The position numbers were made by a program, and so were the translations under genes. Positions 1-12,151 of a DNA stretch of 64,000 nt are shown here, in pieces. The stretch is from Octopus vulgaris (Eukaryota). Numbering within the stretch: position 1 is the stretch's first letter; each line of letters begins with the position of its first letter. The notes beneath the pieces are model-generated. The model saw only the letters and a list, made by a program, of their open reading frames with translations, was not told the DNA's origin and made no database searches. The DNA lies in NCBI GenBank assembly GCA_951406725.2, contig OX597833.1, positions 19,592,001 to 19,656,000 on the forward strand. Reading direction: 5' to 3'.

Positions 1-435
1 AACCACTCCGTGAGTGTAGTGGGTGCTTTTTACGTGCCACCTGCATCCATCTTTATGTACTGAGTTCAAATTCTGAGGCCAACTTTGCCAGTCATCCTTT
101 CAGAGTCAAGAAAAATAAGGGCCAGTTGAACACTGGGGTTTTATATAATCAACTTACGCACACCCTATAAATTGCTGGCCTTTTATCAAAATTTGAAACC
201 AATATGATCTGACAAAACACAAAATTATTGATAATCTGGCTGTATCTGCAACCATAGGGAGGTTGTCTCCCTTGTCAGCTCATTAAGATAGTGCTTTTGC
301 TGGCTATTGAGTTGTTTTGACTCTTATTTCTAGCAATACTGGTGCTGATTAGTGCCCTTGTTCACTTTAGTGACATATGTATATTTTTTGCTTTTAGATT
401 GTAAAATTGCGAATTAGCCACCCATATTATTTATA

Positions 436-473
<38 letters not shown>

Positions 474-774
474 CCATCGTTACCAGCGTCGCCTTACTGG
501 CACTTGTGCCAGTGACACGTAAAAAAAAAATTTTTTTTCGTGGCCGTTGCCAGTACCGCCTGTCTGGCCCTCATGCCAGTGGCACATAAAAGCACCCACT
601 ACACTCTTGGAGTGGTTGGCGTTAGGAAGGGCATCAAGCTGTAGAAACTCTGCCAGATCAGATTGGAGCCTGGTGCACCCATCTGGTTTGCCAGTCCTCA
701 GTCAAATCGTCCAACCCATGCTAGCATGGAAAGTGGATGTTAAACGATGATGATGATGATGATATATATATATA

Positions 775-1385
775 TATTGTGCTTGAGGAGACCTGTTGAG
801 TCAAGTGCATGTACATGAACATTGAACCAAATATCAATGGAAACAGTAGTTGTGATACCTGTGCTGGTGGCACATAAAAAGCACCATCCGAACGTGGCCG
901 TTGCCAGTGCCGCCTCGACTGGCTTCTGTGCCGGTGGCACATAAAAAGCACCATCCGAACGTGACCGATGCCAACCCCGCCCGAATGGCTTCTGTGCCGG
1001 TGGCACATAAAAAGCACCATCCGAACGTGGCCGATGCCAGCCCTGCCTCAACTGGCTTCTGTGCCGGTTGCACATAAAAAGCACCATCCGAACGTGGCCG
1101 ATGCCAGCACCGCCTTGACTGGCTTCTGTGCCGGTTGCACATAAAAAGCACCAACCGATCATGGCCGATGCCAGACCCCTCTGGCACCTGTGCAGGTGGC
1201 ACATAAAAAACACCTGCTACACTCGCGGAGTGGTTGGCGTTAGGAAGGGCATCCAGCTGTAGAAACACTGCCAGATCAGACTGGAGCCTGGAGCAGCCCC
1301 TGGCTCCCCAGACCCCAGTCGAACCGTCCAACCCGTGCTAGCGTGGAAAACGGACATTAAACGATGATGATGATGATGATGATGA
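775..1385 (+). mobile_element. Family C non-autonomous retroposon with ~67-bp internal tandem array and (GAT)n tail
   Basis: Six units start at 871, 938, 1004, 1071, 1138 and 1200. They are followed by the conserved core gagtggttggcgttaggaagggcatccagctgtagaaac...ccaacccgtgctagcgtggaaaacggacattaaacgatgatg. An adjacent copy lies at ~475-762. Confidence 0.8.
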
Positions 1386-1808
1386 GATATATATATATAT
1401 ATATACAACAAGCTTCTTTCAGTTTCCATCTTTCAAATCCACTCACAAGGCTTTGGTCTGCCCGAGGCTATAGTAGAAGACACTTGCCCATGGTGCCACA
1501 CAGTGGGTATAGTCCTGAAGTCATGTGGTTGTAAAAAAAGTTTCTTAACTACACAGCCATGCCTTCAACTAATTATGAAGATATTTGTGAAAATAAAAAT
1601 AGAAAAAGTCATAATGGCTATTTGTAAAGATGGAATGGCAAGTCCTCTATAACATTGGTAAAGAGCCACTGGACAAGAGACAAACATGCGAGTCAAGTTC
1701 TGTCAATGGACATGATTTTTTTTCTTTTTTTTTTTTTGGTGGGGGTCACAAATTGATGCTTATAGTATCTAATATGAAAAGCAATCAGATGGAATGATGA
1801 CAACATAC

Positions 1809-1909
1809 CTCTGCAAGCCTCACAGAAGAATTGTTTGATCACTTTGGCTTCACTCTGTGTGACATTAATACAGTCTCCATGATACCATTCATTGCACTTA
1901 TCACAGCCA
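1809..1909 (-). CDS. CXXC1: CXXC1/Cfp1 internal coding exon, second half of the N-terminal PHD finger
   Basis: Minus strand reads ttcattccag|T GGC TGT GAT AAG TGC...TGC AGA G|gtatgt, 101 nt. It encodes (I)GCDKCNEWYHGDCINVTQSEAKVIKQFFCEACR and joins in phase with the 4574-4740 exon to complete a C4HC3 PHD finger closely matching Cfp1 orthologues (FMIGCDxCxEWYHGDCI). Confidence 0.92.
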
Positions 1910-2289
1910 CTGGAATGAAAAAGATAAAGAGATAAGTAGACACAACCAAGTATATAAGATCAATGAGAATGTCTTTCATTACTGGAAAGCATCTCCGATT
2001 GTTGTAAGAGCAAGCTGCTCAGCTATATAAACGGTTATGTCCTTTACATCATCTTCTGTTACCATGCCCGCTATATATGGTAACTGGCGACATATACCTC
2101 TTTCAAATTGATTAAAGGATTACCATATTTGATAGTATAAAAGACACGTGGACATATTAGAGACACTCCAGTCTCAAACGCATATCCAGGAAAAAATCTT
2201 TAGTTCATTAAAGTTTATGGAAGGCCCAACTTTGCATATAGGACCTAGGGTGAAATTTTGAGCTTTTTTTTATTTTTGAAAAAATTAAA

Positions 2290-3015
2290 TAGGTTTATTT
2301 CTCTGAAGACAACGTCCTTCTACCGGGCCAATTTGCTGATCACCAGATGGTAACTTTAACTCACTTTGATGTAGCTTTGATTTAGGAAAGTATTTTGGTG
2401 CTTCTCCTTGGTCCAGTAACTCCATGAAATATTAGTGATTGTTATATCCATTTCATCATCGCACAAAATGTGATCAAGAAATGATCATCATTGTTGCACA
2501 AAGGAAGTGCAGAGTAAATTTCTTATTAGTGACTGTTTTAGTGTAGCTCATACAGCACCAATTTGTCGAGCATCTTCAGTGTAAATGTTGAACAACTATT
2601 GAATAACCAATGCTTAGATCTGGAATTTCAGTTGTTTTGCATGGGTCTATTCCAATAATGGCCCTCAACTAGCTGTCATCAACTGCAAGAGGTTATCAGC
2701 AAATTATGCAGGCAGCGAGATGGCAGAAACATTAGCACACTGGGCGAAATACTTAGCGGTATTTCGTCTGCTGTTTCGTTCTGAGTTCAAATTCCACCGA
2801 GGTCGACTTTGCCTTTCATCCTTTCGGGGGCGATAAATTAAGTACCAGTTACGCACTGGGGTCGATATAATTGACTTAATCCGTCTGTCTGTCCTTGTTT
2901 GTCGCCTCTGTGTTTAGCCCCTTGTGGGTAGTAAAGAAATAGGTTATCTGCAAATTATGCACCAAAGTTGGGAATACAACAAAAATATGCAATTATTTTC
3001 ACACCAATTTAATGT
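2290..3015 (-). mobile_element. Degenerate mariner remnant interrupted by a SINE
   Basis: Minus strand near 2375-2420 encodes LDQGEAPKYFPKSKL (compare mariner WLDxxEAPKHFPK). A decayed TIR-like end tgcaattattttcacaccaattt lies near 2988-3010. Boundaries are approximate. Confidence 0.6.
2711..2940 (+). mobile_element. tRNA-derived SINE family A, full-length copy
   Basis: Head ggcagcgagatggcagaa, B box GAGTTCAAATTCC, core gtcgactttgcctttcatcctttcgggg. 21-bp TSD aggttatc(a/t)gcaaattatgca with one mismatch (2690-2710, 2941-2961). Many more copies, e.g. ~9415-9630, 10672-10888, 21610-21823, 22905-23110, 25568-25775, 51613-51830, 57648-57835, 60130-60331, 63470-63670. Confidence 0.9.
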
Positions 3016-3414
3016 AAATAAGCATCAGTAAATGAATCATATAAGTATGAATAGCATTGAATTATTTTCATTGTTGAGAGCCATATTTATAGAAATAACA
3101 AAAAGTTATTATATACAAAAATAACTATATTAACAAAATAATAAAAGCCATTATTGTTAAAATAATGTTTCATGACATTGCTTCTTTCAACAATTTTAAC
3201 TCATTTAACCTTTTCCATCATCCTATTTTTAATTAATCTTTTAGCTTTAATTTGCTTTACTCATTGGACTGCAGCCATTGATGGGTTTTAGTTAAGCAAA
3301 GTGAACCAGGTATTTATTATTTTTTAAAATCTGGTACTTATTCTATCAGTCTTTTTTACTGAATAACTACATAACAGTGAGGACACATGTGTGTGTTTGT
3401 CTATATACATACAT

Positions 3415-3474
<60 letters not shown>

Positions 3475-4573
3475 CAAAATGGGACAAGAATGCAAAACAT
3501 CCAGACAGTTAGGTGATACAAGAAAGGGACAAAGAAAACAAGGACGGGTTATTCGGAGTTTTCTTTCCTCATTCAAGTTCCAGATTATCTTTGCAATTTC
3601 GGCTGGTTACTCAAGATTGCTCCAATCTGGCTCATGAGTTCCAATCGAAGAGCCTTAGATTCCTTGGAAGAAAGTAGCGAATGTATATGAAATCAAGGAT
3701 GGAAAAAACAGAGAAAGTTACACAAATACAAATAACAGGAAATAACAACAGGTGTCTTTCGACTAAGAACAAATTAAATTAAGCTGGCGTGTGTGGAAGT
3801 AAAGCCTTACAGCAGAGATACAAGATTTCACAGGCACAGAGAAGAATATAGATGTTGCAGGGACAATGGCCGAACCAAGAAAGAAAGGTCAGGCTTGGTC
3901 AAACACCAGTTACGTGGGGAGAGAAGAGAAGTAGAGGCAGAGGGACAAATCAGTGGTCAGAGTGTTGGGCTCACAATCATGAGAAAGTGAGTTCGATTCC
4001 CGGACTGGGCTGCGTGTTGTGTTCTTGAGCAAGACACTTTATTTCACATTGCTCCAGTTCGCTCAACTGTAGAAATGAGTTGCGACATCACTGGTGCCAA
4101 GCTGTATCAGCTTTTGACTTCTGCTTGGATAACATTGGTGGCATGGAGAAGATGTGTAGAAGATGTGGGGTGAGGTAGCGAAATATCTTTGGATGCTGAG
4201 TCTTATGGAAGTGATGAAAAGTGATCAAGGCTCTTGGCAATTTGCTGTGCTTGAGAAGACACATCAAGCTAAGTGAAAGCTGGTGACATGTAAAAAGCAT
4301 TTGGTATACTCTGTGGAGTGGTTGGCGTTAAGAAGGGCATCTAGCTGTAGAAACCAAGCCCAAACAGACTGGAGCCTGTTGCAGCTCTCTGGCTCATGAG
4401 TTCCAATCAAAGCATCTAACCCATGCCAGCATGAAAAACGGACACTAAATGTTAGCATGTTAGTGTAATTAACAACCATGGAAAGAACCATTTTTCAAAA
4501 CATACAAACCAAATTTATAACAAAAAAACAACAACAAATAAATACAAATACTTAAAAAAGAAAAGGTACTTAC

Positions 4574-4740
4574 ATCATGAAACGCGAACAATCAGTCGTT
4601 CTGCAAATGCAATATACAGCTGGGGTGTCATCATCATCCTCCAACTGAGAAGGGTCATCTGATGACTGATCCATTACTTTGATCAATTGATTTACCTTAG
4701 CTTGCCGTTCAGGTAACTGAAACTGCTGGGCAATTTCCCC
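4574..4740 (-). CDS. CXXC1: CXXC1/Cfp1 coding exon: invertebrate-type N-terminal motif plus start of PHD finger
   Basis: tgttttccag|GGG GAA ATT...TTC ATG AT|gtaagt, 167 nt. It encodes GEIAQQFQLPERQAKVNQLIKVMDQSSDDPSQLEDDDDTPAVYCICRTTDCSRFMI, resembling Drosophila Cfp1 (EIAREFDLPERKSKI...YCICRSSDCSRFMI) as recalled. Confidence 0.92.
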
Positions 4741-5028
4741 CTGGAAAACACAGTGTATAAAAAATAGTTTTTTTTGTTTTATTTATTTCCCAACGATTAA
4801 TGATTTTTTAAAAATATTTTCCATCCACAATTCCAAAGAAAAATAAAAGAAAAATAATAAAAACAAACAATCAAAGATAGCCAGTTATTGTATTCTAACT
4901 TTTTGACTATTTCTACTATGTGTGTGTGTGTGTGTGTGTGAAGGCGCATGGCTCTGCTCACCATGAAACATATGCAACCCAGATTATATCTACTCCATTC
5001 CTTAACTCTTAGATTTTTATTTGCATAC

Positions 5029-5048
5029 CTGGCAACCCTGGCTGCCTA
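5029..5048 (-). other. Candidate 20-nt microexon of CXXC1
   Basis: Strong acceptor tttcatattttacag and donor CAG|gtatgc flank TAGGCAGCCAGGGTTGCCAG. No homology support. Confidence 0.25.
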
Positions 5049-5212
5049 CTGTAAAATATGAAATAATTTTTTTCAGCTTATCATACTTCAATACAGAAAA
5101 AATCTACAGCCTTCTGCTCCTGAAAACCACTACTGTTCCTGAAAGTTGTTTTTTTATATTTTCTACAGATTGCTTAAAGCTCATTTTTTTGTACACCTCA
5201 AGCCTTGGATCT

Positions 5213-5250
<38 letters not shown>

Positions 5251-5253
<3 letters not shown>

Positions 5254-5421
5254 GGAGAATTCACAAAAAACAAAAGATGAAGACAGGTGGTGTAGACAAC
5301 AAACAGATGTATTAGTATAATGCTCGGGAAGTGAAAGTGTCTTTAACGTTTCGAGCCTACACTCTTCCACTGAAAGAAACAAGGAGAGAAAATAAAGAAT
5401 GTGTAGTGGCTAGCGATCTAT

Positions 5422-5423
<2 letters not shown>
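5251..5423 (-). mobile_element. Short Penelope-pLTR-like element inserted in (TA)n
   Basis: Second copy at ~58978-59167, also (TA)n-flanked. Minus strand carries cagtgga a GAG(T/C) gtag GCTC GAAACGT, a degenerate minimal-hammerhead scaffold of the kind found in Penelope-like pLTRs. Confidence 0.5.
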
Positions 5424-5481
<58 letters not shown>

Positions 5482-5563
5482 ATACCTATATATAGATATC
5501 TATGCATCTATGTATATGTACATACATGTTTATGTGTATTTATATGTGTGTATATATACATAT

Positions 5564-5598
<35 letters not shown>

Positions 5599-6592
5599 TA
5601 TATATCTATGCATATATGTATATGTACATACATGTTTATGTGTATTTATGTCTGTGTGTGTGTGTGTATATACACACACACATGCATTTGTATGTGTAAG
5701 GGTATGTACACATGCAAGACGTGTGCACACAAGCAGACACACCCACACACTCACACATATTGCTTTTTTGTGTCGAGGTTTGCAATTCATTCTAAATGTA
5801 TGAGGGAAAAACAAACCTACTACCTATCAGCCATTGACCCACTTCACATATTTGCTTTAGCTTATCTATTTTTTTAATTACGTAAATTAAAACTTCTTTT
5901 ATTTGTTTCAGTCATTGGACTGCAGCCATGCTAGGACAACACCCTGAATGGTTTTGGTTAAAGAAATTGACTTCAGTACTTTTCCTCTCTTTTTGGTTTT
6001 TTAAGTTTTGTACTTATTCTATCTAGCTTCTTTTTTTTTTAACTGCTAAGATATGGGGACATGCACAAACCAGCACCAGTTATTAAGTAATGTTTGTGCA
6101 TCTCAAACACTGATGCACACACACACAGCTGTAAATGGATAACTTTGTAATGGATAGGTATGCAAGGATGTGATGATGATTCAGGAAAAATCACCTGAAT
6201 GGGATGAAAACTGGCAGAGGTTTAAATAACAATGATAAGTGGAGGCATGTGGTTTAGTAGTGAGGGTGTTGGACTCATGACTGTAAGATTGTGGTTTCAA
6301 TTCCTGGACCGGGCGATGTGTTGTGCTCGTTTCTCATTGCTCCAGTCCACTCAGCTGGCAAAAATGAGTAATCCTGCAACACACCAGTGTCTCATCCAGG
6401 TGGGGAATCTACATGCCATGGAAACTGGGAAACCAGCCCTTATGAATTAGCATGACTTGAGAAGGTAACCTTTACTTTTTTTTTTTAATTCATCAATTCA
6501 GTTGCTGAATACAAAATGTGGCTCACGAGACTTCCATTCAAGTGATTTTTCCTGAGTCATCATCACACCGTTGCATGTCAATCTATTACAAA

Positions 6593-6768
6593 AGGCGTAG
6601 GAGTGGCTGTGTGGTAAGTAGCTTGCTTACCAACCACATGGTTCCGGGTTCAGTCCCACTGTGTGGCACCTTGGGCAAGTGTCTTCTACTATAGCCTCAG
6701 GCTGACCAAAGCCTTGTGAGTAGATTTGGTAGACGGAAACTGAAAGAAGCCCGTCATATATATGTATC

Positions 6769-6826
<58 letters not shown>

Positions 6827-7021
6827 GGTTTATGTATCTGTGTCCCCCCCAACCGATGCTGATGTGGTTACGTCCCCGTAATGTAGCGGTTCGGCAAAAG
6901 AGACCGATAGAATAAGTACTAGGCTGACAAAGAATAAGTCCTGGGATCGATTTGCTTGACTAAAGGCGGTGCTCCAGCATGGCCACAGTCAAATGGCTAA
7001 AACAAATAAAAGAGTAAAAAG
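6593..7021 (+). mobile_element. tRNA-derived SINE family B with internal (TA)n(TG)n microsatellite
   Basis: Head ggcgtaggagtggctgtgtggtaag...gggttcagtccc, tail gaaacaa(a/g)taaaagag. Other copies at ~7292-7688 (+), 16715-17115 (-), 18006-19047 (+), 46771-47162 (-), 47776-48449 (+), 50770-51120 (-), 55368-55785 (-), 60730-61080 (+). Confidence 0.9.
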
Positions 7022-10000
7022 AGGGTAGTGAATCAAGTAAAACAAAGTGACAGCAAGTGATGATATAACAATCTTAAATATAGCTGACCTATTTATAACA
7101 GACTGCAATCTTTTGTTTATTATGGCATTATTATTCCCACCCTTACAAAACCCAAATCATTATCGAGTTGGAAATGAAACCTCTATGTGGTTGCTTAACT
7201 TATTAGAAACAGCAAGTAAATTACCACTCAAGTGGCATACCTACATAAGAGTGCCTATCACTTCGACTTTGTTTCCTCATAACTTTTATAGGTGCAGCCA
7301 TAGCCATGTGGTAAGAAGTTTGCTTCCCAACCACATGGTTCCAGGTTCAAGCCTACTGCGTGTTACCTTGGGCAAGTGTTTTCTACTATAGTCACAGGCT
7401 GACCAAAGCCTTGTGAGTGGATTTGGTAGACAGAAACTGAAAGACTGCCGTATATAATATGTATGTATCTATGTGTGTGTCTTTGTGTATGCGTTCCCCA
7501 CCCACCTACCCATCACTTAACCGGCGATGGTTTGTTTACATCTCTATGACTTAGCAGTCTGACAAAAGAGGCCGATAGAATAAGTACCAGACTTAAAACA
7601 TAGGTACTGGTGTCGATTTGTTCAACCAAACCTTTCAAGGCAGGTGCCCCAGCAAGGCCGCAGTCCAATGACTGAAACAAGTAAAAGATTTTTAAAATGT
7701 ATCGAAATACACACACACACACAAGGGCTACCACACAAATTCCATCTACCTGCAGCTATAGTAGAAGACACTTGCTCAAGGTGCCGCTAGTGGATCTGAA
7801 CCCGAAACCAAGAGCTTCTTAACCACAGTATTGTCTATAAATAACTCAAATAAAACTTATTTACTATCTTTACAATTTGCTTAATATTTTGACATTACTT
7901 TGCTCCATGAATTTACTTCTTATAAATCCTATTTCAGAATATATATATATTACTGAAATAAGTCAGAAACCATGGTCCGGGAATTGAATTAGATGGTAAA
8001 TGTTTTTATTTTTCATTCCCTTCGAGAATTTATCCCTAATTAGTGGTTTGGAATTTAACTGTCCTTTCTAGCATAATGGATTCCTATGATGAAAGCCTCT
8101 TAATGTGTTTTAATGTACACTGTATCTTATATAAATTATATATAAATAACACCACAGTACCCTCTATCACTGACTGAGAAAATCAGTTTGAAGAAACTAA
8201 TGTTGGTCTCCTTTTGCGATATTCTTGAAGTTTGTATGCCGTGGAGAGAAAAAAACTATTTAAAAGGCAGCAAGGAGTAAGAGCTACCTTAAACATATTA
8301 GCTCTCTCTCCAAAACCCTTTGGCTCTAAAAGCCAGGACCCATGCCTCTCGTTCACAGAATATGAACGACCATATTTCAAATTTTATTTAATACCAGCTA
8401 CTAAATTGTTGAAAAAGACTATTACAATGGGACGTGTGAAACGTAACGAGTACAGTATAAAACTTCATACAAAAGAAGAAAATAAGATTTTATATAGAAG
8501 CAGTACAGAACTAATGTTTTCTTTATTGCAGAGCAGAATTAATGAATGGGAGGCAAAAAGCAGTAACAAGAATGTTTACCAGATCTTATCTACCGATGCA
8601 GAATGAGAAGTTGTAAAAAAGTTTGACAAGTTTATATATACGCTCTTTTCCTTTTTGACATTCAGGTCACTGAAGTGGAGAGACCTAACTGATTCAAAGT
8701 CAAGATTGCATAAGTACCTTGGGATAAGATAAAATGAGTTACTGGTTGAGACAATGAGAGGTGTGTGTGTGAAGAAGAATTAACAACGTATACATGCACC
8801 TTTTCATTAGTTTTTGTATGTCGATAAGAATAAGGTAGTATGATCTAAAGTTGCTATTAAACATAACCACAAGACATCTACTTGACAAAGATGAGGTTTA
8901 TTATATCCAACTGAGTATTTCTACATCGTTACCGATTCCAGATGAAAGGCAAACTGACGGTTTATTTATTTATTTTTACACCAAATTATTTTCTTCATAA
9001 TCACATGCGAGTGTCAATGAGATATTTTGATTTTACCTGTGTAATAATACGGCCACAAAACTTTTGTAAAGAGGGAATATAGTTGATTTAATAAACTTCT
9101 GTATTTGGATGGTACATCAACCCTGGAAAAGAGGAAAGCTAAGTCGGGTTGACCTCGGAGGGTAACATCCATAAGTATTCAACTGGCATTTATTTTATCG
9201 ATCTCCAAAGAGAAAAAGTCAAGATTGACATCGGCGGGATTTATGTACTAATAATGGTTTCTCATATAATATTGACATAACTATACAAGGTATTCGTAGA
9301 AAATTTCATTAAAAAGAAATCAATTTTTCATTAAGTGAGGAAACAAAGTTCAGAGAGAGGTACACTTGTGTCAGTATACCGTAATATTATTAATTATAAA
9401 TACTAATAATAAATGCGGCGAGTTGGCGGAATCGTTACTGCACCAGACAAAATGGTCAGTGGAATTTTGCCGCATTTTGTACTCCTTTAATGTTCTGAGT
9501 TCAAATTCCGCCGGTGTCGACTTTCGGGGTCCGATAAAATAAGTACCAATTGAGCACTGAGGTCGAGGTCGATGAAATCGACATACCCACTTCCTCAAAA
9601 TTGCTGGCCTTGTGCCAAAATTTGAAACCAATATTAATAATAAAGGTTAATGAAGGGGGAAATGACTAGACTTCTCGAACAATTCTTACTCGGGTGGTCA
9701 GCGTATAGTGATTAAATGTGTCGAGAAAAAAAGAAAGGGTAAATACGGGTCGAAAGAAATATCTCCGAAGCGTAACTCCCAAAAGTATTGAAAGAAAAGT
9801 GATAGTGATGATAGTTTTAACGGCATGACAAGAGAAATTAGTCTGCGGCGATGGTGCTAGAATGATCGGAAACATGTATTAAAGATAAGATGTACACCAC
9901 AATGTCAGTTTAAAGACAGATAGAGGTGTCCGCGTATAAAACCTAAGTGTACTTACGTTCGGTTGTTAATCCAGAAAGAAAGCTTTCTGCTAGTAAGAAC

Positions 10001-10046
10001 TGACAGTGAAATGAATAACTAATGTCTATTTCAGTCAGAAGTGTGG

Positions 10047-10111
10047 CGTCGGTAAGGCAAACAGGAAGTAGATATTCGGGAGAGCGTCGTCGGTAAGGCA
10101 AACAGGAAGTA
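10047..10111. promoter_or_regulatory. Promoter-like patch: 24-bp direct repeat, each copy with an ETS core (CAGGAAGT)
   Basis: cgtcggtaaggcaaacaggaagta occurs at 10047-10070 and 10088-10111 in locally CpG-rich unique sequence. A consensus minus-strand donor (GTAAGT at 9956-9951) lies about 90 bp away, consistent with a CXXC1 5' exon. Confidence 0.45.
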
Positions 10112-10511
10112 CTTTTAGTCCCAGTCTGCACATACCCACAGCTTACTACCAACGATCAACAACGAGGGAGTCCCTTTACGCGGTTGCCTGACCTGCTTGA
10201 AACAGCAGCCAAATATCTATTAAATCACAGCCTAAAACAGTGGTCTACAACCTTTTATTTTGCACCACGGGCCGATGGATTATTTACGTATATAATACAT
10301 TAGTGTCCATAAATTTGGTAATTTGAAAAATTTAGAGAAAAAATGAGGAATAAGGATAACTCGGTAGGGTTTATTGGAAAACATAGGCAAACAAATAAGG
10401 TTTTTATTACAAACTTCAGAACACGTCCACCTAGGCTCCATTTGTTGCATGGAATAAATAGATACGATAAATTATGGAAGTTGTAAAAATAATTTATAGA
10501 TACTTTATATG

Positions 10512-10564
<53 letters not shown>

Positions 10565-11212
10565 TAAGCACATCCTGCATTACAGATACGAAGGCCCTTC
10601 AAGCAGTTTCTGTCCCTAATTTCACTCGCATGACTTGAGGTCACCTAGAGGCTAAGAGAGAAAAGGGACACTTATTTCTTTATTGCCCACAAGGGGCTAA
10701 ACATAGATGAGGCAAACAAGGACAGACAAAGAAATTAAGTCGATTACATCGACCCCAATGCGTAACTGGTACTTAATTTATCGACCCCGAAAGGATGAAA
10801 GGCAAAGTTGACCTCGGCGGAATTTGAACTCAGAACGTAAAGACAGACGAAACACCGCTAAGAATTTCGCCCGGCGTGCTAACGATTCTTGCCCGAAGTA
10901 CCATACATCGAGACCAAGCAAAGGAGAAGGTGCATGCGAAACGAACTGAACTTCTTAACCATTCGGAAACACTGTCACCGAGCAGTTAAGGAATTCACTA
11001 TACAATTACGTGGCCTAGATTCGATCCGACAGCGCTGCAACTTGCTCAAATGCATCTTGCTATATCACCAAGTTGACAAAGTATCTTGTAGAGAACTTAG
11101 AAGGTAGAAATCGTTCATATATGTGTGTGTACAGCCGTGTTTTTATGTGTTAAAAACAACACCGCCGGTAAAAACCGGTGCTCGACAATTTTCGTTACAA
11201 GTCTAGCAACTA

Positions 11213-11864
11213 TCGAAGTTGTACTCGTTGATATCCGCAACATTTTTTTCGGCAGTTTACGGAAAATTTTATTTATTTATTACATATTTTTGTTTTCGAC
11301 AATATCTTTTATGTGCGTGTGTGTGTATGTTCAGCAATCGGCGATCTTTCGTCTCTAGTAGACCTTTCCGTCGATTTCCGTAAAATATTTTTTCTTACGT
11401 ATGGGCTTGCGGGAACTTTTGAAGTAATATACATACATATACACATACACCGAGTAAAAAATTTCAGTTATCTCTTTCTTTCACACATTACTCTGTCTCT
11501 TCACACACACTAACAGAAGCACTTCACTTACACAACATACTGTCTGTCTCCCACACCCCATCAAACACACACACACACACACACACATGTACTTCAATGC
11601 TTCCCATGCACGGTAACTTCAAAAGAACTTCCCTCGTCATACAATCGCTTTCTCTTAGTCTCTTTCGCTCTCATTACTTCAAAAGTTCCCGCAAGCCCAT
11701 ATGTAAAAAAAAAAAATTTTTACGGAAAGATTTTATCTTTTATGTGTATGTTCAGCAATCACCAGCACATGAAAGACATTGTCGTAAACAAGAATATGTG
11801 ATAAATAAATAAATTTTCCGTAAACTGCCGGGAATGTCGAGGAAGTCAGCTGGTACAACTTTTG
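11213..11864. mobile_element. Foldback-like element with long interrupted inverted arms
   Basis: 11213-11316 is inverted to ~11766-11864, and 11376-11428 is inverted to 11673-11727. The centre contains (CA)n. Confidence 0.7.
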
Positions 11865-11895
11865 ACATTGGTCATACCAAAAGATTACCCTAGAG

Positions 11896-12151
11896 CGGTG
11901 GTTCTCAAAGTGGGCGGTACTGACCCACTGGGGCGGTGGAAAGTTCCAAGGGGACATTGAAGATGGGGCGATAATGGGTTAGCAATTCATGTAAAAACAA
12001 CAAAATAATGGGTTGATTAGGTTAAGTTTATTTGTGAAATACAATTGCTTTGAATTTGCTTCAGAACGAGGTCTGTTTGTGATGGTTAGTTGGGGTGGAA
12101 GCGCTAGGAATGTGGCCTGGGTGGCAACCCGAAAAAGTTTGGGAACCACTG
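11896..12151. mobile_element. hAT/Charlie-type MITE
   Basis: TIRs C(G)GTGGTTCTCAAA / TTTGGGAACCACTG; decayed 8-bp TSD ccctagag/cccttggc. A similar element lies at 17339-17580. Confidence 0.7.

Noticed and set aside
860-1210. CRISPR-like appearance of constant repeats with short variable segments (also 18350-18800)
   Set aside because: The variable parts are short and homologous to each other, not unique spacers. The array is internal to a dispersed retroposon in eukaryotic DNA, with no cas genes.
8232-8606. 124-aa plus-strand ORF in unique-looking sequence
   Set aside because: TTG start, no recognisable domain, antisense to CXXC1 intron/upstream sequence. Cannot be supported without a homology search.
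8642-8669. Candidate 28-nt CXXC1 exon (DLNVKKEKS)
   Set aside because: Weak donor (gtatat), no in-frame ATG and no compatible upstream exon found.
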